DNA of 64,000 bases from the NCBI GenBank assembly GCA_038231275.1, contig JBBRLQ010000036.1:1-64000 (forward strand), given 5' to 3'. Both the position numbers and the translations under genes were made by a program. The stretch comes from Polyangiales bacterium. Lineage in GTDB: Bacteria > Myxococcota_A > Polyangia > Polyangiales > Polyangiaceae. The notes beneath the pieces were generated by a model. The model was not told the DNA's origin and ran no database searches. It saw only the letters and a list, made by a program, of their open reading frames with translations. Each line of letters opens with the position of its first letter. Position 1 is the first letter of the stretch. This document shows, one piece after another, positions 10,164 to 21,794 of the stretch.

Positions 10164-11759
10164 TTAGTTCAACAATACCAGCGCGGTCCCGTCCTTCCCA
10201 CAGAACCCTGAAGCCCCCTCGAATCGGTCGCCGCAGGTAGGGCAGATCTTCCCCTTGGCCGACACTGTCGCCGTAGCGGCGACCGCAGCGTACGGAAGGA
10301 GCTCTTCCTTGTCGGTCGGGCAGACCCTCACGCCGGGCTGGAATCCGCGACGGCACACCGGGCAGACGCCGCCGGCGGGGGCGAGCGCCGCGTCGTCGGT
10401 GTCGGCGAGTGGGACGAGGCGAGTCGCGTCCTGCGGACAGAAATTGCCGGCGGGGGGCGGGAACTCGCTCTTGCACGTCGGGCACAGCATCGTACCAACC
10501 GCGGCTTCTGCGACGCGCTTCACGCGGAGGATGCTCTCCTCGTGCGCTCTCTGCTGCGCCGCGTGGGCGCCCATCTTGGCGCGCCGGCGATCCTCGGCCT
10601 CGCGAACGAGCTCGGCGTGACGCTCCTCGGACTCTTTCTCGATCGCCTGCGCCTTCTTCGCGCGGCGCGAGTAGACGAGCGCGAGGATCCCGAGCACGAG
10701 CACCAGCGCGCCGACGATCGAGACGAAGATCGTCTTGCGCTTTCGCGCGCCGTCCTCGGCCTTCGCGTCGGCGCCACCGATGCTGCTCCCGGCGATCACC
10801 GCGGTCGCCGCCGCGTCGTTCTCGCCTGCGGCGTTGAGGCCCTGCTTCGAGAGCAAATCGTCGTAGCGCGCGGCCGAGGCGACCTCGACGATCACGTGCA
10901 CGCTCTTCTCCGCGGCGGTGGCGACGAGATCGGTGGTGCCCTCGAGAGCGCCGTCGTCGACGGTGACCTTGCCGTTCGGCTCGAGCTTGAGGCGGCGCGG
11001 CGCGTCGGGATCTCCGAGGGCCCACGCGGTCTGCGTCGGCGTCGGGCAGCCGCTGGCGTCGGTTACGAGGGCGCGGAACGCGAACGACTCGCCGGGCCGC
11101 ATCAGCTTGCGCGAGGGTCGCACCTCCAGGCGCGCGGGCTCACCTGGCGTGCACGCCTGACGCGGCGTTGGCGCGGGCGTCGGTGCGGGCGGCGGCGTCG
11201 TGGCGGACGGCGTCGTCGGCACTCCGTCTTTGGACACGAGGTCGAAGCCGCGCGAGCGCTTGACGTCGGCGATGCAGCGGCCTTCGTTGAGCGTGATCTC
11301 GTAGCGACCGGTCTCGATGACGTCGATGTGCGTGTCGCTCGTCGCCGCCACGAGCGTTTGCATGAGCGCGTGCCGCGGGTCGGCCGCCGGCGTCGAGCAG
11401 CGCGTGCGCCACGTCCGACCGTTCGCGTCGCGCGAGTGCGAGTCACGGGCGAGCGTCGGCAGCTGGTCGTAGCACTGGTTGGATTTGAAGACGCGCCCGC
11501 CGCCGACGATGGAGAGCTCGTCGCCTTCTTCGCGGATGCTGACGATGTCTCCGCCGCCGCTGTTTCCGCTGACGGGGGCCGGACCGCACCCGGGCAGCCA
11601 TTGCTGCACCGTGTACTCCTCGTGCAGTGCGGCCTGCTTCCACTTGCCATCGAACGGCGAGTCGCCGCGCGCCGTGGTCGCCCCCGTGGCCACCGCCGCG
11701 AGAACTAGGGCACCCGGGCCCAGCCGAGCGCCGCGAGAGAGCTTAATGAAGTGACTCAC
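10164..11759 (-). CDS. Single-pass membrane protein: exported N-terminal and Ig-like domains, TM helix, coiled coil, three C-terminal zinc ribbons
   Basis: Signal peptide, TM IFVSIVGALVLVLGILALVY, then CPTC..FCPQD, CPVC..VCPTD and CPTC..FCGKD. Confidence 0.75.
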   Translation of the reverse strand: MSHFIKLSRGARLGPGALVLAAVATGATTARGDSPFDGKWKQAALHEEYTVQQWLPGCGPAPVSGNSGGGDIVSIREEGDELSIVGGGRVFKSNQCYDQLPTLARDSHSRDANGRTWRTRCSTPAADPRHALMQTLVAATSDTHIDVIETGRYEITLNEGRCIADVKRSRGFDLVSKDGVPTTPSATTPPPAPTPAPTPRQACTPGEPARLEVRPSRKLMRPGESFAFRALVTDASGCPTPTQTAWALGDPDAPRRLKLEPNGKVTVDDGALEGTTDLVATAAEKSVHVIVEVASAARYDDLLSKQGLNAAGENDAAATAVIAGSSIGGADAKAEDGARKRKTIFVSIVGALVLVLGILALVYSRRAKKAQAIEKESEERHAELVREAEDRRRAKMGAHAAQQRAHEESILRVKRVAEAAVGTMLCPTCKSEFPPPAGNFCPQDATRLVPLADTDDAALAPAGGVCPVCRRGFQPGVRVCPTDKEELLPYAAVAATATVSAKGKICPTCGDRFEGASGFCGKDGTALVLLN

Positions 11760-11837
11760 GTTGCATCCAAAAGCTTAACAGATGCTCTCCACGAATTGTC
11801 GCGAGTTTCCCTTGGTATGTTAGCGTTCGTGGTCGAG

Positions 11838-13778
<1,941 letters not shown>

Positions 13779-13806
13779 ACCACGGGTCGGCGCCGTCGCC
13801 GGGCCT

Positions 13807-14781
13807 TCAGCGAGACGCGCTGGCGCAGCGGAATCCGATGAGGACGCTGCGCCGCGACGCCACTTCGACCGCGCGCGTCGAGGCGACGTCGAGCGCGCCG
13901 ATCATCCAGCCGCCGCCGCGTGCGACGCGCATCTCGCCGGCGTCGCCCGCGTCGTCGACCCACTCGGCGACGTTGCCGAACATGTCGAGCGCTCCGCCCG
14001 GAGACGCTCCCGCCGGGAAGCTGCCGACGGGTGCGGTGGTCGGGAAGCCGTCGTCTCCCTCGTAGAGTGCCTTCACGTCGACGTGGCTCTTCTTTCCCCA
14101 GTCGACGCACTCGTCGCCGCAGCCGTTGAGCAGGCGAGCGGTCGGTGCCGCCGCGCCCCACGGCGCCCGCGCCGTCGCACCGGATGCGCCGAAGGCCGCG
14201 CGCACCCACTCGCCCTCGGTCGGGAGGCGCTTGCCGCGCGCCTTGCAGAAATCGACCGCGAGGTCCCAGTCGACGCAGTTCACGGGGTGCTTCGCGCGGG
14301 CCTCGGGGGCGCGGGCGGTGCAGAGCGGATCGATCACGTCGCGCGCCTCTTGCGCGACGGTCGGGCCCTCGGTGCGTTGGCCGGCCGGCCGGCACACCTG
14401 CGCCTCCACGCACGGTCGGTACGCGTCGACCGTCACCTCCATGCGATCAATGCAGAATGCACGCAACGGCGGCGCCGCGACGATCATGGCCATCCCTTCC
14501 GGACACGAAGGCACCCGCGGAGGCGGCGCCGCGGCGCTCGAGGACGCTCGCGTGGCCACGGTGGCTTTTTGCGTGCGCGCGTTCCAGAGCGCGAGCGTCG
14601 TCGACGTCACGAGGGCCATCGCGATGAGTGACGCCCCGACTGCGAAGCGCCGCGTGAGCCCTCGCTTCGGAGCGATGGGAGCCGGATCGGGCGCGGTCGG
14701 CGCTACGGCGCGACGCGCGGCGTCTCCTTCGTCGGGCGACGACGGGGCTTCGACGACGACGCGCCGCGGCTCGTCGCTCAC
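13807..14781 (-). CDS. Membrane-anchored FGE-sulfatase (SUMF1, C-type lectin fold) domain protein
   Basis: TM helix, then CIDRMEVT, PVNCVDW, RLPTEGEW, DMFGNVAEW, RGGGW, IGFRCA; GTG 14781 overlaps the upstream TGA. Confidence 0.85.
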   Translation of the reverse strand: MSDEPRRVVVEAPSSPDEGDAARRAVAPTAPDPAPIAPKRGLTRRFAVGASLIAMALVTSTTLALWNARTQKATVATRASSSAAAPPPRVPSCPEGMAMIVAAPPLRAFCIDRMEVTVDAYRPCVEAQVCRPAGQRTEGPTVAQEARDVIDPLCTARAPEARAKHPVNCVDWDLAVDFCKARGKRLPTEGEWVRAAFGASGATARAPWGAAAPTARLLNGCGDECVDWGKKSHVDVKALYEGDDGFPTTAPVGSFPAGASPGGALDMFGNVAEWVDDAGDAGEMRVARGGGWMIGALDVASTRAVEVASRRSVLIGFRCASASR

Positions 14782-16909
14782 GGTCCACCCGCGCCCATCG
14801 TCGACGCGCATCGGAAGCCGATGCCGTGGCTGCGCTTGTTCTCGGCGTCGTGGTAGCGGAAGGTCGGTCGCACCCACGCCGCCATCGCGGCGTTCCACGC
14901 GCCTCCACGGATGACGCGCTCCTTGCCGCCCTCGGGTCCGGTCGGATCGGTGCGCTCGTCGGCGGTGTACGGCGCGTACCGATCGGCGACCCACTCCCAG
15001 ACGTTGCCGACGACGTCTTGCACGCCGTAGCGCGATTTGCCGGCCGGAAACGATCCGACGGGCGCCGTCGTCGGAAAGCCGTCGTCGTCGGCGTACATGC
15101 CCTTGCCGAGGCCGGTGGGATCGATGTGGTTCCTCTTCCCCCAGTCGACGCACTCCTTGCCGCACGCGTTGAGGAAGCTCGCGCTGGGCAGCTCGTCGCC
15201 CCACGGGTATTTGCGGCCGTCGGGGCCGCGCGCGGCATACTCCCACTCCGCCTCGGTCGGCAGGCGCATCGCGCGGGAGCGGCAAAACGTGTCGGCCATG
15301 GCCCACGTCACGCAATTAATCGGATGCTTCGCGCGGTCCTCGGGAGCGCGCGCGTTGCACAGAGGATCGAAGGCGCGTCGCTCGGCCGCGGTGATGCCGT
15401 CCCATTCATTCGTCTGGCCCGCCCCCGGCACCGTCCCGGCCTCGCTCGCCGCGACATACTCTTGAACGGTCGCCTCGAACGCGTCCATGCACGTCGGTTT
15501 CGTCAGCACGACACGGTGAGCCGGCCGCTCGAACTCGAAGTCCTCGCGATCGTCCGAGCCCATGAAGAAGGCGCCCGGCGGGATGAGGAGTGAGCCCTTC
15601 GGACACGCGGGCGCGATCGGCGCCGAGGGAGGCGGCAGAATCGGCGCGACGGAGGCGCTCGGCACGGGTGTCACGGGTGCTGGTGCGCGCGCGAAAAAGA
15701 CGAAGGCCGCGCCGCCTCCCACGAGCAGCACGGCCGCCAGCGTGGCCGCGACGATCGCCGAGCCGCCGTGTGACACCGCGCGCGCGACCGGCGCTGCGAC
15801 GAGCGCGCTCGGGGGAGCCGACGCGACGTGCACCTCACGCGGCGGCGGCGGGGTCGGCGGGATCGGCCTCAGCGCCATCGGCTCCACCGGGATCGGCGCC
15901 GCCGGGGCGTTTACCGGCCGCCCGCCGGCCGACACCGCCGCGCGCGTTCCGCTTGCGGAGCGCCGCGGCACCGGTCCGGCATACATCGCGCCGCGGAGCT
16001 CGTTCCACAGCTCCCCCATCGTCTGGAACCGCTCTTGCGGCGAGACGGCGAGCGCCTTGCGGAACACCGCTTCGACCGCGTCGCTCACCGCCGCGCCGAG
16101 CGTGCGCGGGGTCGGCTCACTTGCTTGTCGGTCGACGCGTATCCGCTCTGCGTGATCGAGCCCGCGGGGAGCGCTTCGCGTGCGGTCAGCGCCTCTCCTA
16201 GGATGAGCGCCATCGCGAAGACATCGGTCCACGGACCGGTAGGACCATGCGCGCGCGAGAACTGCTCCGGCGCCCCGTACGACGGCGTGAACGACGCCGG
16301 CGCGCCACTCTTGTCGAACGCGCTCGCCATCTTCTGCGCGTCCTGGATGACCTTCGCGATGCCGAAATCCAAGAGCTTCACCGGGCAGGCGGGGCTCCGC
16401 GGATCGCCGAGGACGAAGACATTCGCCGGCTTGACGTCGCGGTGCGCGATCCCTCTGCGGTGCGCCAGCGCGAGGGCCGCCGCGATCGGCTCCAGGAGAT
16501 CCACGATCTGCTCGAGGGTGCGGGGCGGCATCGATCGCATCTGCTCGCTTTCGAGCACCGCCGTGAGCGTGCGCCCCTCGAGCCACTCGAGCACGAGGTA
16601 CGGAGCGTTCATGCCGGCGCGCGTAGTCAGCGTCCCGACGTCGCGCGCCTGGCAGATCGCCGCGCTACGCTCCGAGAGCTCGGCGAGCAGCGTCCCTTCC
16701 TGGATGAACGCCTCGAGGAGCCGCGCGCGCTCGGCCGCCGAGAAGCTCGCGAGCCCCTTGAACACCTTGATCGCGACGGGGCGCTTCCAGATCAGATGCG
16801 CGGCCTTGTAAACGATCGCGTACGCCCCTTTGCCGACGACGCGCTCGATCGTGTATTTGCCCGCGATCGTCGCACCGACGAGGTCGAGCGGATCGCTCTG
16901 CGCCGTCAC
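14778..16909 (-). pseudogene. Ser/Thr kinase-TM-FGE-sulfatase fusion split by a 1-nt frameshift near 16115 (pseudogene or assembly error)
   Basis: Kinase motifs VAIK, HRDVKPAN, DFG and TPSYGAPEQ lie in ORF 16085-16909; the kinase tail PTPRTLGAAVSDAVEAVFRKALA..RF, TM and FGE motifs lie in ORF 14778-16586. Confidence 0.8.
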
Positions 16910-16919
16910 GACGCGATCC

Positions 16920-18491
16920 CTAGCGGCCCTTCAAGAAATCCAGGCAGGCGCGGTCTTTGAGGCCCTCGCAGGCGGCCTTCAAGAGGCGCACGTCCTCGGA
17001 GCTTCCGCGCCCGCCGGCGACGACCGGCATGAGCAGGCTCTTCGTGAGGCTCGGGTTGGTCAGGAGCGCGTCGCGCGCTTGTTCGGTCGTGCTGCGCCCC
17101 GGCGGCTTCGGCGGCGTCGGGACCGGCGGCGGCGTCGTGTCGACGGTCGGCGGCGGCGGCGTGGGCACCGGCCGGCGCACGGTGTTCGGCGGCGGCGGCA
17201 CCGGATCGGGCCGCTGCGTGCCCGGCGGCAGCGGGACGCTCGGGACGGTCACCACCGGCGAAGACGCGGTGGGCGTCGTCGACGGCTTGTCGAGGGCGGC
17301 GATCGCGTCGCTGGCGTGGATGCGAAGCGCGTGATCGGCGCGCAAGAGGCCGTCGGTGGCGACGCGGCTCAAGATCGTTCGCTTGGCCGACGGGTCCGTC
17401 TCGTGATCGGCGCGCGTGATCTGATCCTGCGCCCAGCGCGCCTCGGTCGCCACGAAGTCCGCCGACTGGCGCATCGTGTCGGTCGTGATCTCCGTCGCGA
17501 GCTTGGTGTGCGCACCTTCGAAGTCGCCCTTGTCCGCCAGCGCGCGCGCGGCGTCGAGCACCGTCTGGTCTTTGGACATCGGAGAGTCGCCGGTGATCGG
17601 CGGGTTCGGGATCGCCGGCGGCTTCTTGAGGAGCATCATGTATGCGGCGGCGATGACGACGCCCGCGAGCACGACGCCGAGGAGCCCCATCAAAAGCACG
17701 TTCGAGCGCCGCGCCGATTTCGGCGGCACCGCGCGATCGCCGATCGCCGCGAGCTGCTGGCTGTCGTTCACGCCCGGCAGGAAGATCTGGCCGGCGCCGA
17801 CGAATTTGAACTTCACGTCGCCGAGCTCGATGATGTCCCCCGCCTCGACGATGCCGCGCTTCAGCTCCGCGGAGTTGACGCGAACTCCGTTCGACGAGCC
17901 CTTGTCGACGATTTCGTAGCGGGCCTCGCCGAGCAGGTGGATCTCGCAGTGGAGTCGAGACACCGAGTTGTGGTTGACGCTGATCGTCGCGTCCTCGGCG
18001 CGGCCGACGGTGAGCCGCTCGCGATCAAGAGGATATTCGGCGCCCGGCGTCGGGCCGGCGAGCATGACGAGGCGGTTCGGCCGCTCCATCAGCGTGACGC
18101 CGCGGTTGGGCAGGCTCGCGGGGATCGTCGTCTTCGAGTCCGCGCTGATCGACGGCACGGCGGTCGGTGCTTCGACGACCTGGTCGTCTTGCAGGACCAT
18201 TCGGTAGTCGCCGATCTGGATCAGATCGCCGTGAATCAACTCCTGCGCGTTCGCGACGCGCAGGCCGTTCACGTAGACGCCGTTGTAGCTCGTGAGATCT
18301 TCGAGCGCGTACGACGTCACCGTACCGGCGCCGTTGGGCTTTTTCCGGTGCAGCTTCGCGTGCTCGCGCGAGACGTTTCGCTCGGTGAGGCGGATGGTGT
18401 TCCCCTCTTTGCGCCCGATGGAGTAATCGTCGCGCGTGAGCGGGACCACGGTCCGCTTACCTTCGTCGTCCTCGATGACCAGCTTCCACAT
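16920..18491 (-). CDS. Tandem FHA-domain membrane protein
   Basis: Two FHA motif sets (IGR..VSREHA..SYNGV and VGR..VSRLHC..SSNGV), TM helix, Pro-rich C-terminal region. Confidence 0.9.
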   Translation of the reverse strand: MWKLVIEDDEGKRTVVPLTRDDYSIGRKEGNTIRLTERNVSREHAKLHRKKPNGAGTVTSYALEDLTSYNGVYVNGLRVANAQELIHGDLIQIGDYRMVLQDDQVVEAPTAVPSISADSKTTIPASLPNRGVTLMERPNRLVMLAGPTPGAEYPLDRERLTVGRAEDATISVNHNSVSRLHCEIHLLGEARYEIVDKGSSNGVRVNSAELKRGIVEAGDIIELGDVKFKFVGAGQIFLPGVNDSQQLAAIGDRAVPPKSARRSNVLLMGLLGVVLAGVVIAAAYMMLLKKPPAIPNPPITGDSPMSKDQTVLDAARALADKGDFEGAHTKLATEITTDTMRQSADFVATEARWAQDQITRADHETDPSAKRTILSRVATDGLLRADHALRIHASDAIAALDKPSTTPTASSPVVTVPSVPLPPGTQRPDPVPPPPNTVRRPVPTPPPPTVDTTPPPVPTPPKPPGRSTTEQARDALLTNPSLTKSLLMPVVAGGRGSSEDVRLLKAACEGLKDRACLDFLKGR

Positions 18492-18615
18492 AACGTCTTG
18501 CGTGCGCTCGCCTTCCGGGACAATAGCGAAAATCGTGAGCGAGAACGGCGGTACAAGCCGCGCCAGGGAGTATCCCGAAGGCGCCGGGAGGAAGTCTACC
18601 GACCTCCTCTGTCCA

Positions 18616-18993
18616 ATGGCAACGGCCTACGTGTATGCGCTTTGGTTCTCGCTCTTCCTCGTGGTCATTCTGGTGAGCGGGGGTGGCATCGGGTGCGCAA
18701 GCACTTGGAAGGGGTCGGTGGGGGCGGTTCTGGGGAAAGACAACCGAACGGGCCGAGTATTTGTGCGGGATGCGCCTTCCGGCATGCCCGCCGACCGGGC
18801 CGGAATTCGGGTCGACGACGAGATCACAGCCATCGACGGGACCCCCGTCCAGAAAATGAGCCCCCAGGACCTGCACGAAAAATTAATCGGCGACGTGGGC
18901 TCCAAGGTGAAGCTCACCGTCCAACATCCGGGTGATCCGTCCCGGGAGGTCGTCGTCGAGCGAGGTCCCTTGCGAGGTGAGGAGCGCCGATGA
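18616..18993 (+). CDS. Small PDZ-domain (lipo)protein
   Basis: Hydrophobic N-terminus ending GIGC; PA.RAGIRVDDEITAIDG and GDVGSKVKLTV as in tail-specific-protease-type PDZ domains. Confidence 0.8.
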   Translation: MATAYVYALWFSLFLVVILVSGGGIGCASTWKGSVGAVLGKDNRTGRVFVRDAPSGMPADRAGIRVDDEITAIDGTPVQKMSPQDLHEKLIGDVGSKVKLTVQHPGDPSREVVVERGPLRGEERR

Positions 18994-19684
18994 ACGACGG
19001 ACCGCACTGCGCGCATTTCTTGTATCTGCATGGATTCGCGTCGGGCCCCGATTCGAGCAAGGGGCGCGCGGTGGCCGGGCATTTCGCCGCGCGCGGGGTC
19101 GAGGTGAAGCGGCTCGATCTCCGGCGCCCGTCGATGGAGCACCTGCGGCTGTCGGCGATGATCGCCCACGTCACCGCAGAAATAGGCGGTCCCCGTGATC
19201 GCGCCGTGCTCTTCGGATCGTCGCTCGGCGGGCTCACCGCCGCACGCGTGGCGGAGCGTGATCCTCGTGTGGCGGCGCTCGTTCTGCTCGCCCCCGCGTT
19301 CCGGATGATCGATCGCTGGCGGCAGCGCATCGGCGAAGAGGCGTGGAAGGAGTGGGAGCGCGGCGGCTGGCACGAGACCAAGGACTGGGCGAAGGGGGAA
19401 TGGCGCGCGTCGATTTCGGCTTCGCAGAGGACGTCGCGGCGGTCGATGGGCCGGCGAATGGCACGGAGGCCTGGCCGGACGTTCGTGTTCCGACGCTCAT
19501 CGTCCACGGCATCGGGGACGACGTGGTGCCGATCGAGCACTCGCGCGCTTGGGCGCTCGGGAAACCTCATGTCCGCCTCGTCGAGGTCCGCGACGGCCAC
19601 GAGCTCGGCGCGTCGATCGACCTCATTAATCGCCTTTCAGTCGAGCACTTGCGCGGATTCGTCGGCGGCGAGGTTGACGCGTGA
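18990..19684 (+). pseudogene. YqiA/YcfP (UPF0227) alpha/beta hydrolase split by a frameshift in the G5 run at 19394-19398
   Basis: YLHGFAS and GSSLGG in the first frame; LIVHG..DDVVP and DGHEL in the second frame; one extra G restores KGGMARVDFGF. Confidence 0.8.
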
Positions 19685-19697
19685 CACATTCAAACTT

Positions 19698-20192
19698 ATG
19701 TATCACGACGTGACACAGGCAAGCGAAGACCCCCCCGGCAAGGACAGCGCGGACGCCCCGGGCCCGAGCGCCGAGGCCGACGGGAAGAAGGAGCGGGTGC
19801 TTCACACGCGCGTCCCTGTTGTCCTCGAGCGCGAGCTCAAACGCTTCGCCGAGAACCTCCGCGTTCCGGTGTCGAATCTGGTCCGCACCATTCTCGAGGA
19901 CGCGCTCGACGTGGCCGACGCCGCGAGCGAATCGGTCGAGGATCGGTTGAAGCGCGCGGCGGACGGCCTCGAGGCGCAGCGCGAGCGCCTGAAGAAGAAG
20001 ATGCACTCCGATCCGCTGGGCCACGTCTTCGCGTACCAAGCCATCACGCTCGCCCAGCGGGCGGTCTGCGCGCGATGCCGGCGCGACATGGAGCCCGGCG
20101 AGCACGCCCACCTCGGCCTCACCGACGATCCCGGCCCGCGCGGCCGCCCGCAGCGAATCTTCGTCTGCGACGAGTGCGTCCCCCGCAAGTAG
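19698..20192 (+). CDS. Hypothetical protein with ribbon-helix-helix-like N-terminus and C-terminal zinc finger
   Basis: VLHTRVPVVLERELKRFAENLRVPVSNLVRTILE; CARC...CDEC. Confidence 0.65.
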   Translation: MYHDVTQASEDPPGKDSADAPGPSAEADGKKERVLHTRVPVVLERELKRFAENLRVPVSNLVRTILEDALDVADAASESVEDRLKRAADGLEAQRERLKKKMHSDPLGHVFAYQAITLAQRAVCARCRRDMEPGEHAHLGLTDDPGPRGRPQRIFVCDECVPRK

Positions 20193-20270
20193 CGACCGAT
20201 TTCACCACGCCACCACGAGAAGTGAACCACCCGCGGCACGAGACGCCGCGGCCCACAGGAGGACTGCGTC

Positions 20271-20531
20271 ATGAGTGAGAACACGAACGAGCACGTCGTC
20301 ACCGTCGAGAGCGCTACCAACGAAGACAAGAGCGCGAAGGAGACCGGCGCCACGCTGGTCGACGCGATCTTCGACATCGGTCTCACGTGGGCCGCGCACG
20401 GCCTCAAGGTCGCAAAGGGCGCGCTCGAGGCGAGCGGCAAGACGCTCGACACGACCGCCAAGACGCTCGATCGGATCGCCGACGAGCTCGCGAAGAAGGA
20501 AGACCGCGCGAAGGCGAAGGACGCGGCCTGA
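20271..20531 (+). CDS. Small helical hypothetical protein
   Basis: GGAGGA RBS upstream, GC3-rich codons, amphipathic Ala/Lys/Glu-rich sequence. Confidence 0.75.
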   Translation: MSENTNEHVVTVESATNEDKSAKETGATLVDAIFDIGLTWAAHGLKVAKGALEASGKTLDTTAKTLDRIADELAKKEDRAKAKDAA

Positions 20532-20560
20532 GGCCACCTTCGCGCATTCGTGGCGCGTTT

Positions 20561-21307
20561 CTACCCGAGACGCTGCGGCTCGCCCGCAGGGAGTAGCGCC
20601 ACCAGCGCGTCCCGTGCTGCGTCCACGCGGGCGACGTCGCGACCGTCGAAGGTGAGCTTCGTCTTGTACGACGGGTCCATCCACTTCGGATACGACCCGA
20701 CGTCCACGTCGGGAAAGCGCGCGACGACCTGGTCGAGGAGCGGCTTGAGGTCGCCCTCGTCCATGCGCGTGTAGACTGCACGCGATACGAACGGCGGGGC
20801 TCCGTCCGCGATGCGCGCGACGACGACCGGCAGCTTCATGCGGAACACCTCGGGGATGCCCGGCATGATCCAGGTGTTCCGCATGCGCACGGTCGGCCAG
20901 CGCACCTCCTCGGTCGCCTCGAGCTCCGCTCCTTCGGGGATGAGCGCCATTCGCAGGTGCCCTTCGGTGACGCGGTCGCCGTAGTGATCCCTCAGCATCT
21001 GCTCCATCGGAGGTGAGATCACCGCGCGCACGTCGAACGCGGCGGCGACCGCCTCGATGGTCACGTCGTCGTGGGTGGGGCCGACGCCGCCCGACGTGAA
21101 GAGCCAATCGTGCGTCGCCGAGAGCGCGCGCACCTCTCGCGCGATCTCGGCCTTGTCGTCCAGGATCGTGACGACACGGCGGAGCTCTACGCCCAGCGCG
21201 CGCAGCGTCCGCGCGAGGACCGCCACGTTCGCCTCCTCGACCTTGCCGGAGAGGAGCTCGTTTCCGATGACGAGCGCGGCGGCCGTCTTTGCCCGCAGAT
21301 GCTGCAC
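20561..21307 (-). CDS. CinA N-terminal / molybdopterin-binding (MoCF) domain protein
   Basis: IGNELLSG, TSGGVGPTHDDVT and MPGIP motifs; start uncertain (21307 or 21328). Confidence 0.88.
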   Translation of the reverse strand: MQHLRAKTAAALVIGNELLSGKVEEANVAVLARTLRALGVELRRVVTILDDKAEIAREVRALSATHDWLFTSGGVGPTHDDVTIEAVAAAFDVRAVISPPMEQMLRDHYGDRVTEGHLRMALIPEGAELEATEEVRWPTVRMRNTWIMPGIPEVFRMKLPVVVARIADGAPPFVSRAVYTRMDEGDLKPLLDQVVARFPDVDVGSYPKWMDPSYKTKLTFDGRDVARVDAARDALVALLPAGEPQRLG

Positions 21308-21374
21308 CGCCCGATGATAACTCCACATTTGCCAGATTTGCGGCCCGGTCGGGGGCCCCGTAGTAAGATCTGCG

Positions 21375-21791
21375 ATGGGTATGCGTAAGCTCCTCGTCGT
21401 CGAAGACTCCGCGGCGGCCCGCGCGCTGGTGCGAGGCATCCTCGAGGATCCGGCCTTCGCGGATCGGTTTGGCGGCTGCGAGGTCGTCGAGGCGACCTGC
21501 GGCTTCGACGCGATGCGCCTGCTCCCGCGCGGCAAGTTCGACCTGATCATCACCGACATCAACATGCCGGACATCAACGGCCTCGAGCTCATCCACTTCA
21601 TCCGCAAGAGCGAGCACCACAGGGACACGCCGCTCGTCATCATCTCGACGCAGGCGACCGAGCGCGACGTCGATCGCGGGCTCGCGCTCGGCGCCAACGC
21701 CTACGTTCGCAAGCCCTTCACGCCCGAAGAGCTGCGAGCCGCGATCGGCGGGCTCCTCGCTCCCGGTGCGCCCCTCGACAAGGGCGCGTGA
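21375..21791 (+). CDS. cheY: CheY-like single-domain response regulator
   Basis: VVEDS, ITDINMP, IST and KPF receiver motifs; first gene of the che operon. Confidence 0.9.
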   Translation: MGMRKLLVVEDSAAARALVRGILEDPAFADRFGGCEVVEATCGFDAMRLLPRGKFDLIITDINMPDINGLELIHFIRKSEHHRDTPLVIISTQATERDVDRGLALGANAYVRKPFTPEELRAAIGGLLAPGAPLDKGA

Positions 21792-21794
21792 CCG

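Noticed and set aside
13807..15600. Diversity-generating retroelement targeting the FGE (or DUF1566) domains
   Set aside because: There is no reverse transcriptase in the window, and I saw no near-identical template/variable repeat pair differing only at adenines.
18990..20192. 400-aa esterase-regulator fusion from the ORF track
   Set aside because: It is explained by the G-run frameshift; the middle is out-of-frame sequence and the real esterase C-terminus is in another frame.
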